Part shown: piece after piece, positions 1-13,039 of the stretch
Numbering within the stretch: position 1 is the stretch's first letter
Layout of the letters: each line of letters begins with the position of its first letter
NCBI RefSeq assembly: GCF_022539665.2
Contig: NC_081332.1
Coordinates: 806,001 to 870,000 of the forward strand
Reading direction: 5' to 3'
Origin: Daphnia carinata
Taxonomy: Eukaryota
Length of the DNA: 64,000 nt
The notes under the pieces: generated by a model
What the model was told of the DNA's origin: nothing
The model's input: only the letters and a program-made list of their open reading frames with translations
The model's database searches: none
Position numbers and translations under genes: made by a program

Positions 1-1729
1 TTGTTTATGACCTTCTTTCACCGTCAGCATCTTTTGCAGTTAAAGTTTCAGGAGCTGTGTCTTAAAAACAGAATCATATACATCATATCATTCTGACTGC
101 CAAAATATAAATTTTATACCTATCAACGAACAATTGAGTAGCACGATGAATGCAAAATAATAAATTGCAGAAGTTTGTGGCTATGGCAGCTGACAACCTG
201 ACTAATTTTTGCACAGAAATAATCCATTTAATATGATTCACTTCAAAAGTACACAGAAGAATGAAAACTCAAAAATACGAATCATACCATTAGATTTTAT
301 TATACTTTTCTTCGGAATGTAACACATAAAACAAACAAACCAGACACCGGTTTCCCAGTTCACTGTTGATTCACTTGTCATAAAAAAACATACGTCCATT
401 AGCGCCATCTTTTATCTTAATATACAACCAAAAATGAAAGTCGCACATAAAATATGGATAATTTTTTTAAGAGAACTCGTCAATTCTAATTTTAGAGCGT
501 TTAGTGCTAAGCGGCATGGAATCGTGAGGCAGAAAAGCACACAGGGTAAAGGGATAGACGACACTGGAGAACAAACTGGTGGCCATATTATATAGCAAAA
601 AAAGAAGTATTATCAACTATATTGTCAGATTAAACGTCTCAGCGTAGAAACAACTGTGTACCTTGGCATTTTCTAAGTGTTGTAGACTGGATTATAAATA
701 CATTCATTGCAACGCAATAGCTAAAAGTTTGCAACCAGGCTGTTAGAATCATTGAGTCTGAATAAAGGAAAATACAATCAAATATAAACATTAACAATTT
801 AGTTGTAAATGTCAACTACTTGAATCCTTAAACTAGCCCAATTTCTCCGTTGGACGCCCTTTGGTATAACAAGGCCTTTTAAGGTTCACGTAGTAATGAA
901 GTCAGACAAAATTCTTCTGATTTTGGCACTACCATTTGCAGTTATCTTGAAAAACTGCAAGTTCACTAAGCAAAACCTGGCAAAAAATTACAAAATACAA
1001 GTTGAGTTTTCCTTACCTAATGGTTGTTTAACATAAGACAGCAACATAATTTCCATTTCCGAATCATTTCCTTGCAAACCGTGAAAAAAGGTTTATACCG
1101 TGATTTAAAATCCTTATTTTGTTTTTCTGTCACAATGTCATATGACTTAATTCACTACAAGCTGTGGTACCGACCACTACATGGCGTTCCATTTACCTCA
1201 CTTTTCCCCGCTAGATGTCACTATTTGGCGCCCCCGTTTAAACTGGTTACGATTTGCACAGAATTTGATCTCGGCATAGCAATTTCTATAGCCGCTGTTC
1301 AATAAGAAACCGCCACACGCCCTGGTATTTGATAGCGCCAACATATTTAGTAGATGCCAATTTATTAGAGCAATCTGGCGGTCCAAAAATGTCAGATACC
1401 GGAACATACTGGCGATTTAGTAAGGAATGCCATCTCGGAAACTTAAAGCGAGTAGCTCAAGTTGATTTGCATACGCTACTGTTCCTTATGCACTTCATGC
1501 CAGTACCGTACGTCGGAGTATACCAATCTTACAATCTTATCTTTGTCATAGCTCAAGGTAAACCGAGCCGTTTCCTGTCACTGCGTACTTGAGCAATCAT
1601 CTTTCATTCGATCTAAGCAATATATCGTTCTGCTCTTGCTAGCAGCGCTTTTGGTATTACTTGAGTTTCCTGATCATCTTCTTCTGGTGTTGTTCAAAAT
1701 CAGGTGTGCTTAATGCCCAAATGATTTAG

Positions 1730-2690
1730 ATCAGCTTCGTCCAAAATTAAAAACCTGACTCCCGAGAAGACAAATACTCCACAGTCGACAAAATCCTTAA
1801 ATCGCACCGCGGTCGCGACAACAATATTACACCCAGCTTGAAGATTTGATCGCTGATAGCTCGTGACAGTTCATCCATATATAATCACAGACTTTAAAAG
1901 CGAACTGTAGGAGAATTTACACGCCTCGCGGTGAATTAGGATGGCCAATTCACGAGTGGGTGCGACAATTACAACTTCTGGCTTTTGCTCCATGGCATGA
2001 GACGCAGCAGCAACACCTTGTTCTAAAAATGTTCAAAACCGTTCCAAGCACCCCACCTGCATGAAAAAATATTAAATTTTAGATGACTTAATCAACGAAT
2101 ATCACGAAGGGTTTGTTGAGTATCTTAGATGCAATTGGACCGTTCAGTAGTCGTAATTACCGGCGTGCCCACGCAAATTACTTTTACTTCAACTTCGAAA
2201 GGAGTCGGTACGAAGCATCAAGGTTTCAAAATTACACAGCGTTAATTAATTGGATTACCGTTTTGACAGAGCCTGTGACAGCACAAGCAATTAAATCTCT
2301 TTTGGCAAGAATACCTGCAACTGAAGCTTTCTGAACATGTGTTGGTTTTATGTAGCCAGAATTTTTAATGTTTTGAAGTAGTAGCTGGCGCAGGACGGCT
2401 TCTTCGAATGGTGTTATGCATTGAGGTACTTCTTTTCCTGTAACCTAAAGCAAACCCAATATATATTTTTAAATCATAAAATACAGTTTCGAGAAATGGT
2501 TTACCTGAAGGATGAATTTTTCCAAATTGTTAAAGCGTTCCCCATAGACGATGCCCTTAAACAGTTCCTTTTCATCGTATGTCACAGCTTCCGGAATGTA
2601 TTGCTCATGTTGTTTCCAACTTTCTGTCAATTCACTGAATAGATTCGGGCAGCCTTTCGAGGTGTGGCCAGCTTCATGACACTAGTGGTA
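1730..2690 (-). pseudogene. vas: Truncated vasa/DDX4-like DEAD-box RNA helicase pseudogene
   Basis: Manual minus-strand translation of intron-separated exons. Degenerate CCHC knuckle YH*CHEAGHTSKGCPN (~2690-2643); YIPEAVTYDEKELFKGIVYGERFNNLEK; Q-motif GYIKPTHVQ; altered motif I AVTGSVKT (~2282-2259); motif Ia VVIVAPTRELA; GG doublet hit by a TGA stop (1871-1873); altered motif Ib ATAVRFKD; motif II LILDEAD (DEAD at 1730-1741). Apparent frameshift near 2030. No motifs III-VI follow. Confidence 0.8.
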
Positions 2691-5600
2691 AAACCATATT
2701 AAAGTAATCACACTATGAATACAAGAAAACACTTACCTTGTGACCCTAGACAGAAAAACAGTAGATCAATTAAGCCAATCTAAAAATATGCCTTTTCTTT
2801 TATTAGTGATGAAGATGGAATTTTCTGTCCTATTTGTTTCTGTCATGGACTGTGGGGTCCACCAGTACAAAACTCTACATCAGCAACAATCTTTTCTCAG
2901 TGCTCACAAGCTGCAATTCTCGTGAATGAAAAAATTTTAATTAAAAATAATTTGAAAAACAGTTGTAACGCCAAGCATTATTAAACAACTTGCCTACCTA
3001 AGGAAACCGCTGGAACCACAATCCTGAAATGATTGAAATTACAAGCTCTGTTTATTTCATTAATTCTAATTTTTTAAAAAGTACAAAGCCTGACTGCATG
3101 GTTGAGCAGTTTGGCTTGATGCCTTTTTTAAAAAGCAAGAAGGTTGCCATTATCACAATGTGCCTGTCGTGCTTACTTTTAAGGACACAAGTTACCGTCA
3201 ATGATATCAAGCAGATAAGCTTTTCTTGCGTTCATGGTATGAGATGAAACTAACGGCAAAGAATAATGCAATAGTGGAAGAATGATATTACCATACATTT
3301 ACAATCCTTCTTAATGGCCATCTGGCATGGAGAAGAGAGAACGAGGACCAAGGCACCACGATGTTTTGTTCACAACTTGTGATATTCTCTAAAATCTAGA
3401 AAAAAAACAATGACCCAGCGTGAAAAGAATTACTTCTTATAGTTTCTTCTTCATAACATACCATTCATTTTGTAATTTAAAAAGGAGTTTCAAATATTAG
3501 GTATTCTCAGACTAAAGCTTCTGGTGCTGGTGAATTTCATCAATGTTTTCTTGGCGAAACATTCATTCAAGTATTACTTTACCATTGCTGCCTCATGTGT
3601 CCAATATTTCGCCTGTCAGATGCACGACACCAATATCATACACGACAAAGAACTAGCAAATGGCGACTGATGCCGGTTCAGAAAACTCAAGCAGGGTTGC
3701 CACACATTTCAAAATGGACGGCGAATTCAACTTAAGAATAGGGCTCGGCCCCGATCGTCTTTGATCGGGGCAAACCGCGGTTTTTCATTAAAAAATGGTC
3801 AAACCGTCGGAATAATTATCTGACTGCAATCCAAATGAATAGGCCAAAAATGTCCTCTGTAGAACGGGTACACCAATGCATCAATCGTGAGACGTTAAAA
3901 AGCGAAAAGAGTAAAAGACCAAAGAAACTCCCAAACTGGAATAGTGTTGTTAGTCCTTGTTTGCGGGCCTATTTCATTAATATCCAAATAGACTTGGCCG
4001 TCAGACTGCGCGGGGGTTATGGGTTACCTATATTAGTTCAATATTTGTTGTACTATGGTAGAAGACGCAAAATATTCACATTCGTACAGTCTTACCTCCA
4101 CAAATGTACCACAACTATAACACCGTCGTCGATCGATTCGCCTATCAGGTAAGTTGAATTTATACTAACTAGCTTCATTGCCTTCTTTAATTGTAGAAAC
4201 TAAGAGGATATCAACTTCGATTAAATTAGTTCTAAATCTATGTTAGCCAACTAAATCTTAATTAAATAGAACAGTTACCAATAGTATTCCATTTCTTTAG
4301 CAAACAACCATTTTCCAGTCCATGGGTGAGTAGGTGCTGAAGTGTTTACCCTGGCTGCCTTTCAAACTGCATCAAATGAGGAATTGAAAATTGTTAAGTA
4401 CCACTGATTATTTAAAACATTTATAGTACTATACTGTATCTTCACTGTGTCTGCTAGGTTTTATTCTTGCTGGTATTCATCCGAACATCATGTACATTAT
4501 TTCACGTTACTAACATGCTACTCCTGAATGTAAATAGAAATTATTAAGCATTGACAATCTTATCAATACAGTTGAAATATGTATATGTGATTATTGTTTT
4601 TGCAAAACATTATTAAAAAGTAGTCTCTGCACAAATAAATCTGCTTGATATTTCATCGTCTTCTGACTTTGAATAATTTTCTGATTGTATGGTAAATCTA
4701 AATAATCTGATCACTAAAATACCTTGGCTTACATGGCTTCGACAATGTGTTTATAAATCTGGTCAGTCTGTATTAAAACAATACTGCTACCATAATAAAA
4801 CTCCTCAATCAATTACCTAGATAAACTATAAACAAAACATACAAATACCCAGAAATAATTTATGAATAATGTCTTTGTCCACAAACGGTCAGATGTCCTG
4901 TAATGACAATTCCAATATTTCCTGTTCCAGCTACATTCAGCAGCTAAAAAGACCTTTTGTATGACATACTTCATTTTTCTCTGACAAGAGATGGAAATAA
5001 ACAGCATTTCTCAGACAGCCCAATGAACGGAAATTACTTGTAGGAATCTACCGGTTAAGTTACACGTTAATCCTAACCTATGTTATGGTACCAGATATTG
5101 TTTTTCTCACCTCTTGACTACAAATTTTGCGCCAGAATGAAGAAAGCCTTTTTCTTTCTTGTCAGTTATGCGCCAGAAAATACCTCATGCTTTGTTGTCA
5201 TGCTTTTCCCAATAAGCCGTAAAGCAAAACGAAAGCAGTAGCCAGCACTAAAGACCAGATTGGCTGTGATCCGGGGCTCACCACTCTCCCCCATGCCTGT
5301 AACAGGCCATTCACGGGATGACTGACATTTCCTACTGGTCTCTTAGTGAAGAGTAGAGCTTAGATTTGATCAGTGCTAATCTCAGTGGACTGGATGGGAA
5401 AATGCAAAAGGTTTGTCCCTAGATAACCCCACCAACCAGTACTATCACATCACTGCCAATACAGAGAAGGAAATTAAAAAGTTATTTAAAATTGAATAGA
5501 TATTTTACCATTAGAATGACACTGCAACACATAGCTCTAGGAGATTCCACAAAAAATTTATCCTATTGTAGAGTAGATCTTGACTTAAACGTAACACGAA

Positions 5601-5783
5601 TGCCATCACCTAAAATTACAAAACTTAGATTACATGCCAGCATAACAAAAATGCTGCAAGCTTACATTTGGTAAACCTTGAATTTATACCGCAGAGGACC
5701 CACCAAACAGTGTAGCCATCTATTGGTAAGGAATCAAGTTTGACTTCACTCAAAAGCTCTCGGTATTCAAGAAGTTAGGCTTA

Positions 5784-5867
5784 AAAATAAGCCCGATAAA
5801 ATAAGCCCGACAAAATAAGCTCAACAAAATAAGCCCGACAAAATAAGCTCAACAAAATAATCCCGAC
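5784..5867 (+). repeat. Minisatellite, 14-bp unit AAAATAAGCCCGAC/AAAATAAGCTCAAC, ~6 copies
   Basis: Tandem copies read directly from the sequence. Confidence 0.85.
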
Positions 5868-6131
5868 TTTTCTCAACCTAATGTTGACGCGTATTGCTTC
5901 TTCTTATGCAGCACGATGAACAATGAATTTATACTGACAGACGACCTATCAAACAGTATAGCCATCTACTGGTAAGGTATCCAGTTCTATTTCATTCAAC
6001 GGCTCCCGATGTTCAAGAAATTAGGGCTTGAAAATAAGCCCGACAAAATATATAAGCCCGCCACCATGGGGAATGTATTGCTTCTTCTTATGTAAAACAC
6101 TGCAACAAGTGTGGCTAATGAAAATAACATA

Positions 6132-6239
6132 TGGAAATACATAGGATTGAATAACTTTGATGTGTCACGCTAGCGCTGAACATGAACCGTTTTGGAAATA
6201 CATAGGATTGAATAACTCTGATGTGTCACGCTAGCGCTG
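6132..6239 (+). repeat. Tandem duplication of a ~48-bp block at 60-bp period
   Basis: TGGAAATACATAGGATTGAATAACT(T/C)TGATGTGTCACGCTAGCGCTG at 6132 and 6192. Confidence 0.9.
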
Positions 6240-9200
6240 TAGTGTACTGGCGCGCCAGTAGTTTTTAAATTCGGTGTATTTCCAAAACAGTTGATGTTAT
6301 GAAAAAAATAGCAATTTTTTCGGAATCAGCATCAAATTTTGAGTATATTCTGACATTTTCAAGCAATTCCAACGATGGTTAATTTTTTACGGTTTTCGAG
6401 GCAATTTTCCCACGGTCATTTTCTTCGTTTTTCTCCATTTTGTTAAGTTAAATGTCAAAACAAAGCCGATATTCGTGAGCAGCGTTCAATTTCGAATCAG
6501 AATAATGTATTTTAAACTGAATTAAGCAAGGATTACGAAAAATAATATCTTTTACACGTGAACCTTATTGCATTTGAAGTATTAAAAGTGGAAGTTGCTA
6601 TAGACCTTACCCTAGCACCGGACGATCGCTGAAACCCAATGTAGAAAACTGCACATCGTACCAATAGGTGGCTATAGTGTTTGGGAGACCGTCTGTAGTA
6701 GAAATTCCTGAAACGAAGTTGTTACTCACATTTTATTCGACGCTTAATACTGTTAAATACTATTATTTGGTGCTAACATACAATTTAACGTAAAAATGTT
6801 GGGGATATATTTTAGGGCATTTTTCCGCTATTACAGTCATTCGTATCATTTTCGCAGCCGACTATGTCTGGCTTATTTTGCTATTACCCAAACAAATAGT
6901 GAACTATAGAATGAGTTGTTTATCTTTAAAAGCAAGTGAAATGAAGTTTCGGAAGAGATTGGAGAAGAGCAAAGGTTACTTACTGATCTGATGTTGATGT
7001 TTTGATAGCTTTTCACCCACTTTCCTAGAAATGTTGGTAAGCACAAGTTGAACGGAATGTGAATGCTGTACTAATAGGTGGCGATACTGTTTGGCGGACA
7101 CTTTCTGATAAAAATTCTATAAGTTAAATTGTTAATTTCTCGCGAAATTAAAATATAGCAATATCATTCCGATAGTTTATTTATCTTTTGACTATCATGT
7201 TGTCCATTTAAAGATGATTTAATTTCAATCCTAAGTAAAATGGTAGTCAGTTTATTGGCATGCATGCATTAAGGTGTTAATACCAAACGAAAATCTACCG
7301 GATTGCTTTGGCAATAATAGCAAATGCTGCGTGGATTGAAGGTGGAAAAGACAGGATAATAAGCAAATTTAGCTATATATATTTAGGTGTTAAATAAATT
7401 AACTAACGCCTTTTCATGCAAATTAATGAAAAACATCCAACCTCAATATGTTTAACTTACCAACATTTGTTAATTTTCAACACAACCTGCATATATGCTG
7501 CTATTATAATTAATTATACTTTTACCTGCACATATTGTACGGTTTTTTCGATTAAATTTCACGATACTTACACACATTTACCTATTGCATGAAACAAACA
7601 TGTAGTAGATGGGTCAGGATAAATGATGTTAACGTTCATTATCCTTAAATCTTCCCCAACTCACCTTTAGCCTACAAAAGTCAGGAACTTTACTAAGTTG
7701 ACCCAACTTCCTATTCAAACCTTACCCCCATGCAAGTTAGGAGTGATTAGCACAACCTACCCCAATCTACCGAACCAATTAATTTCATATTTACATCATA
7801 CTACCCTCCACCACCCCCTCAACCCTCATCTCTGTGTAATTTTTTCTAGAACTTAAAAGCTAATAACTCCACACATTTACCAACAAAAGCAAATATTAAA
7901 ACAGATAAGTAACATAAAGCAAAATCGCTGAGAAACGTGCTCAACCATCCTGTTGCGACAACACAATCCGGAATTTGAAGCGTAGATGCATATTGCAACA
8001 TTCGGAAGTTGCGCGGCTGTACTCTTTCGTCGCCTTATTCACGTCCACTCTTTCCACTCATTACATCCATTTCGCAATTCCCTAAATCACGATCGATCAC
8101 CAACAGCTAGAAAAATTCGTTTTACAAAAAAAAAAAAAGTTATTTAATTTACTAAACATCGCTCCATTTATACATATTCAGATTACATACCCCTTCAGTT
8201 CTTTTTTTTTTTTCATCGCCGAACTGCGAATAGATTAAATACATTGACCTGCAAATGTATTATCCAACGTCACTGTTTCAGGAATCAGGTCCTAGAAATG
8301 GTGCTTAGTTCAACTTATTTGATCGTCATTGACATTTATCAAAATGTTTATCTGTTAACCCTTCCATATTTTTAAAAAATGCCATGTCGACTTTTATTGC
8401 CTATTTAGAACAAGTCAAGCAGAACATTATTGGAATGTTTGTTTCGATGAACTTCAAATTGTTACCCTTTGGTTAAGTGGTTCAAATTATCTACGTAAAC
8501 TAGTTGTTAGAGATTTCATGTGATACAGGTTAGGTGACCTGGACTTGCTACACTGTTCATCTCCGTACTGAGGAAACTGTAGCATTCTGCATTTCTTTTC
8601 CTATGATAATTTCGTAAAGTAAGTAAAAATTTTCTCAACAATTGAAAGATTTCTGAAGCTGACAAAATAAAGTTCTTATACAATTTGACAGTTGTATGAG
8701 ACCAAATACTCAAGATGAGTGGTTAGCAGCCAGTCGTACAGCTCACCAGTTTCTGTAGATTTGCAGTAACAATCATCACACTTTCCTTACAAAAAAATAC
8801 TATATTAATCGTCAACCAAGTAATTTAAATTAAATCATTTTACCTGTTAACATTAGATCACTTCTCATGTGTTTCCAACAGAACGATAACAGCATAAAAA
8901 AATTAGAGGGAAAAAAATTTGTCATGGAAGATTTCTTTCTTCGACTGGCAACGGGTCAAGTACCTGTGGTATTCGTGATTTTAGTTTTATGTGCCATATA
9001 TTATAGTGCTGGCCACTTGTACTGGTACACAAGTTCTGCATAAGCAAATGGACCGCTTTGGAGGAACAAGAAATTTCTCAATACATCCTTGTTTATGAAG
9101 AAAACATCTAGTTAAACTAAATGAAAACAAAAGGTTGTTAGTAATTAATAGCGAAGCAATTGGGGAAAAACACCCATAAAGAGGAAACGAATAACCCCTA

Positions 9201-12200
9201 AATAAGACGGAAAGCATCAGAAATTTAAGAGTAATGTAAAAACAATTAAATATGGATTACTTTCAGTTTAAGTGCAAATCCTTTGATGTTTGGTCCAACT
9301 CTTTCTCTGGCAGACTGCATCACAATAGTAAACGGCATAGATTTGTCATTCTACTCACGTCTTCCCTCATTCTTCAGTAACAGTTTATTACACGTGTCCG
9401 AAACAGGGCGAATAGCAAGTAGATAGAAAGGTGTTGTCCGTCTGGTTATCCCTTTAATAGATTTTTTTTGAAATAGAATTACAAACAAGATATATTTCTT
9501 GAACACTGGTACTTGACAACTTCTTGGCGGTCATTTCATTTCTTTTCTGATGATGCTTCACACGTGAAGTTCCTCTCGTCGAAATAACAAATGCTCGTCT
9601 GAATGCATATCGAGAAAATGAAATTTAAAAAAAATTAATAACGAACAGTTACAAATTTAACTTACCACTAAAAACAAAAATCAATGACAACAATCTCATG
9701 CAGTCATTAAAATTAATAGAACCTGAAAATAAAAAATTAACCATCAAGAGTTTATCATGGATGGTGGCTTTTACGCTGCAACTGCCATTCTGTGAAGAGG
9801 TCAATTTCAACACTTCCTTGTGAAACACTGCGAACATAACAATAGCAATAAAAAAAACACGTGTGCACACCTTCGAAGTTGGTGCTCTACTAAGCTGGCA
9901 AGATGAAAATACACATAGGATTTTCTACTTCTCCAAATTGCCAAGGTTATTCTATGGAAGACGTCATTGCTAGAACTCCAGGCAAATTGAGGGGGATAGG
10001 ATAGGAATCCATTGTTCAACACCAATAATGGCCTTTATATTTTTCACTCCCACACTCTAAAGCTCTATTCCGAGAAGACGTGGCATGTAAAACAGTAGCC
10101 AGAAGTGCTAAAATTCAACGTACGAAATGAAAAAAAAAAACACAAAGAAAACGAAAAATTATCTTACCCTTCCCTTTCAAACTGACTTATGAATTTGAAA
10201 CAGACCTGTGCTTCCGAAGTAATGTTATGCTAAGCCAAATTAATCTGAGCACTGAAAAACAATGATAGCTGATAACTGCTGCGACAATGTGTTTGTAATT
10301 CTGGTCAGCCCGTAATAAAACATAATACTAGTATAATAATACCACTAAATATAGAAATGAATATATAGAATATCAACAAAGCTAGGCATAGCATGCCAAA
10401 TGTCCTGACACTACAATTCCAATATTTCATGTCCCAGCTACATTCAGCGGCTAAAAAGACTATTTATAATAAAAATGGAACGGGATTGTATAAAAGAATG
10501 ACTCTCCTGCCCTACAACCACCATTCTTTACACATCCCTACAACTATCTAAAAACAAAAACAAAATAAAAACATAACATGGGATAAAAATAAATAAAAAC
10601 ATTAACATAACAAAATAGTTACCTATATAGTTCCTTCACCGTCATCGCTCACTCCAAAAATTGTCTCCACTTCTACATTCGATCAAATCCTATCGTAAGA
10701 CAGGACATCCATATTGACATGTAGAAAACTATAGATTTACTAAACATGTTGATGTTCATTGCTTCTAGTTAAGAATTTGAAACAAACCTGTGCTTTAATT
10801 TTTTTTTCTTCACAATTTTTCTTCTCTTGGCTTTTGTTTTCAGGATTCTTATTCAACGGTAGACAATTGCTTTCGAATGCTGCAATGAAATTATTACAAT
10901 TAAGATTTTCTTGGGCTCCCAAGTATTTCCGTGGTTTGAAACACCATGTTCATTGCTACTCTTAGGTTTCATCACTGCTGGTATTCATCATGTAGCCATG
11001 TACTTCAAGTCACATTAATAACCTGCTACTTCTGAATGTAAATAGAAACTATTAAGCATCGAAAATCTTATCAATACAGTTGTAATATGTATGTGTAATT
11101 CTTGTACCTGCAAAACACTATTAACAAGTATTCCCTGCACATGTGAATCTACTTGAAATTTCAACTGTTCTGACTTTGAATAACTATTAAATGTTATGCT
11201 AAGCCACATTGTCCTGATCACTGAAAGACAAGCAAAGTAAGAGACCTATGGATTACAAAGCTTCGACAAGGGTAGCTAAACATTAGTACAATTATTTTCA
11301 ATTTAGTAGGATAACATTATTCATAATTGATATATTAAGTACTTTACCATAAACAGGTTAGAAATTTGTTTTACACACCTGTTATAAATAGAATAACAAA
11401 TAATGAAGTATAACAATAAAAAAAATATAACAATTACCACAACTCCTTTTGTTTGAAATTGAAAGACTGTTCATCTGCTAGTAATTGAAGTGTAAGTTTG
11501 TCTATAGGGACCTATAGCTAACAAAGCTTCGACAAAGGTAGATAAAAATTAGTACAATTGTTTTCAATTTGTTGGGATAACATGAATTCATAGCTATATA
11601 TAACATACTTTACTACAAACAGCCTAGAAAATGGTTTTTAACCTGTTAAAAAATAGTAATTTTTATTGTAAAAATTATCACCTTTTCCCAACAATAATTC
11701 CAAAGTAATTACTCATCATTAGAATATTATTACAATTTCGTATTATTACTATTATTATTTCACTTACCAATTCTTGAAATTGATGATAGTTTTCAATCAA
11801 TGTGTTTGTGATTCTGGTCAGCCTGTAGTAAAACACGATACTCCTTCCACAGTAGAACCCCTTCTCAGTGAGATATTCTGCATATGACCAGCATTAGCTA
11901 CTCCAATACCAGCCATATAGTGTCATGTCACTTGAGTAATCTAGATAAGTGATAGTTTATACAGAAATGTATACAAAACATACAATTACCACGACTACTT
12001 CTTGTTTGGAATTGAAAGGCTGTTCAACTGCTGGTTTTAAAGTCACAGTGTCGGTGACAAAGTTATTATCCCAGAAATAATCTACAGATGAAAACTAGAC
12101 ACAATGTTTGTGTCCACACAGAGGGATGTTTAATCATCCAACCAGCCAGATGTCCTGATGCTAAAATTCCAACATGTTCTGTTCCAGCTACATTCAGCGG

Positions 12201-13039
12201 CTAAAATGACAAAAATTGAAGCAATAAAAATGGAATGGTATAGTATAAATGAATGGCTCTCATGATCTGCAACCACCATTCTTTACACATCAGTACAGCT
12301 ACCTAAAACCAAATAAAAATCTCACTTGAAAATGACATAGGAAAGTTTCAACGAAACACTAAACAAAGGGTTACCGACATAGTTTCTATACAATGATGAG
12401 GCATAAAAGAGATGAAGTGATACGTGTGTTTCAACTATACGCCTCGGCTTCAACAGGAGTAACACTAAACAGGGCGTCCTTTGGCTCGCCAATCTTTCAG
12501 TTGCAATGCCAGAAATTCCTGGACAAAATCTCACCCACCCTCCTGTGATACGAGTACATGTTAACTGTGTTAAAAATGAGTTCGAAATGTATGTTAGGAA
12601 AAACTAATTCTAATGTAATAAATCTGTTACCCATTGCATACTATTTGTTAGGTTTGCCAATCTTTTTTTTTTGTGAGTAACTGACGAAACATTTACTCCA
12701 AGTGGCTCCCAAACTACAACAGAAAAACTGGAATAAATTATATTCCACTAAATAAAAAGCTAAATTAAATTATAACTAAATTTATAAAACATACAATAGT
12801 ACCATACCAAATGTTAGCTGTGTGAAAAGTAATCACCATTGAGAATGTTTTTCACATTACTCTGGTACTTACTGGTATAGTATGACATTGCATCTGTTTG
12901 CTGTATTTGTTTAGTCTTGTTGCATTTTTGTGAGGATGTTGCACGAAACTAACTGAACTTCAACGAAGAATTATTTGATTATTTGCACATGCCTCAGGAA
13001 ATTTTAATTATGGAACACTCACTGTTTCTTCACCCAGCT

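Larger units (their letters stand above)
5680..7117. repeat. Two direct and two inverted copies of a ~45-bp motif (GAATTTATAC..CAAACAGT(G/A)TAGCCATCTA(T/C)TGG); possible decayed TIR/foldback element
   Basis: Direct copies at ~5680-5726 and ~5925-5972 lie within a ~250-bp-period duplication. Diverged reverse-complement copies at ~6661-6707 and ~7071-7117. Confidence 0.5.
4440..12320. repeat. Dispersed, diverged local duplications (probable decayed minus-strand gene family)
   Basis: ~4450-4680 resembles ~10960-11190. The CCAGCTACATTCAGC(A/G)GCTAAAA block recurs at ~4927, ~10434 and ~12184. ~11255-11420 resembles ~11521-11660. ~10470-10570 resembles ~12225-12320. Confidence 0.7.

Noticed and set aside
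800..970. Minus-strand exon-like piece NGSAKIRRILSDFITT*TLKGL… vaguely like BEN/DUF4806 domains
   Set aside because: Short, stop-interrupted and too weak to call
7600..7790. Degenerate CCTAA/TTAGG-like words
   Set aside because: Too irregular to support an interstitial telomere remnant
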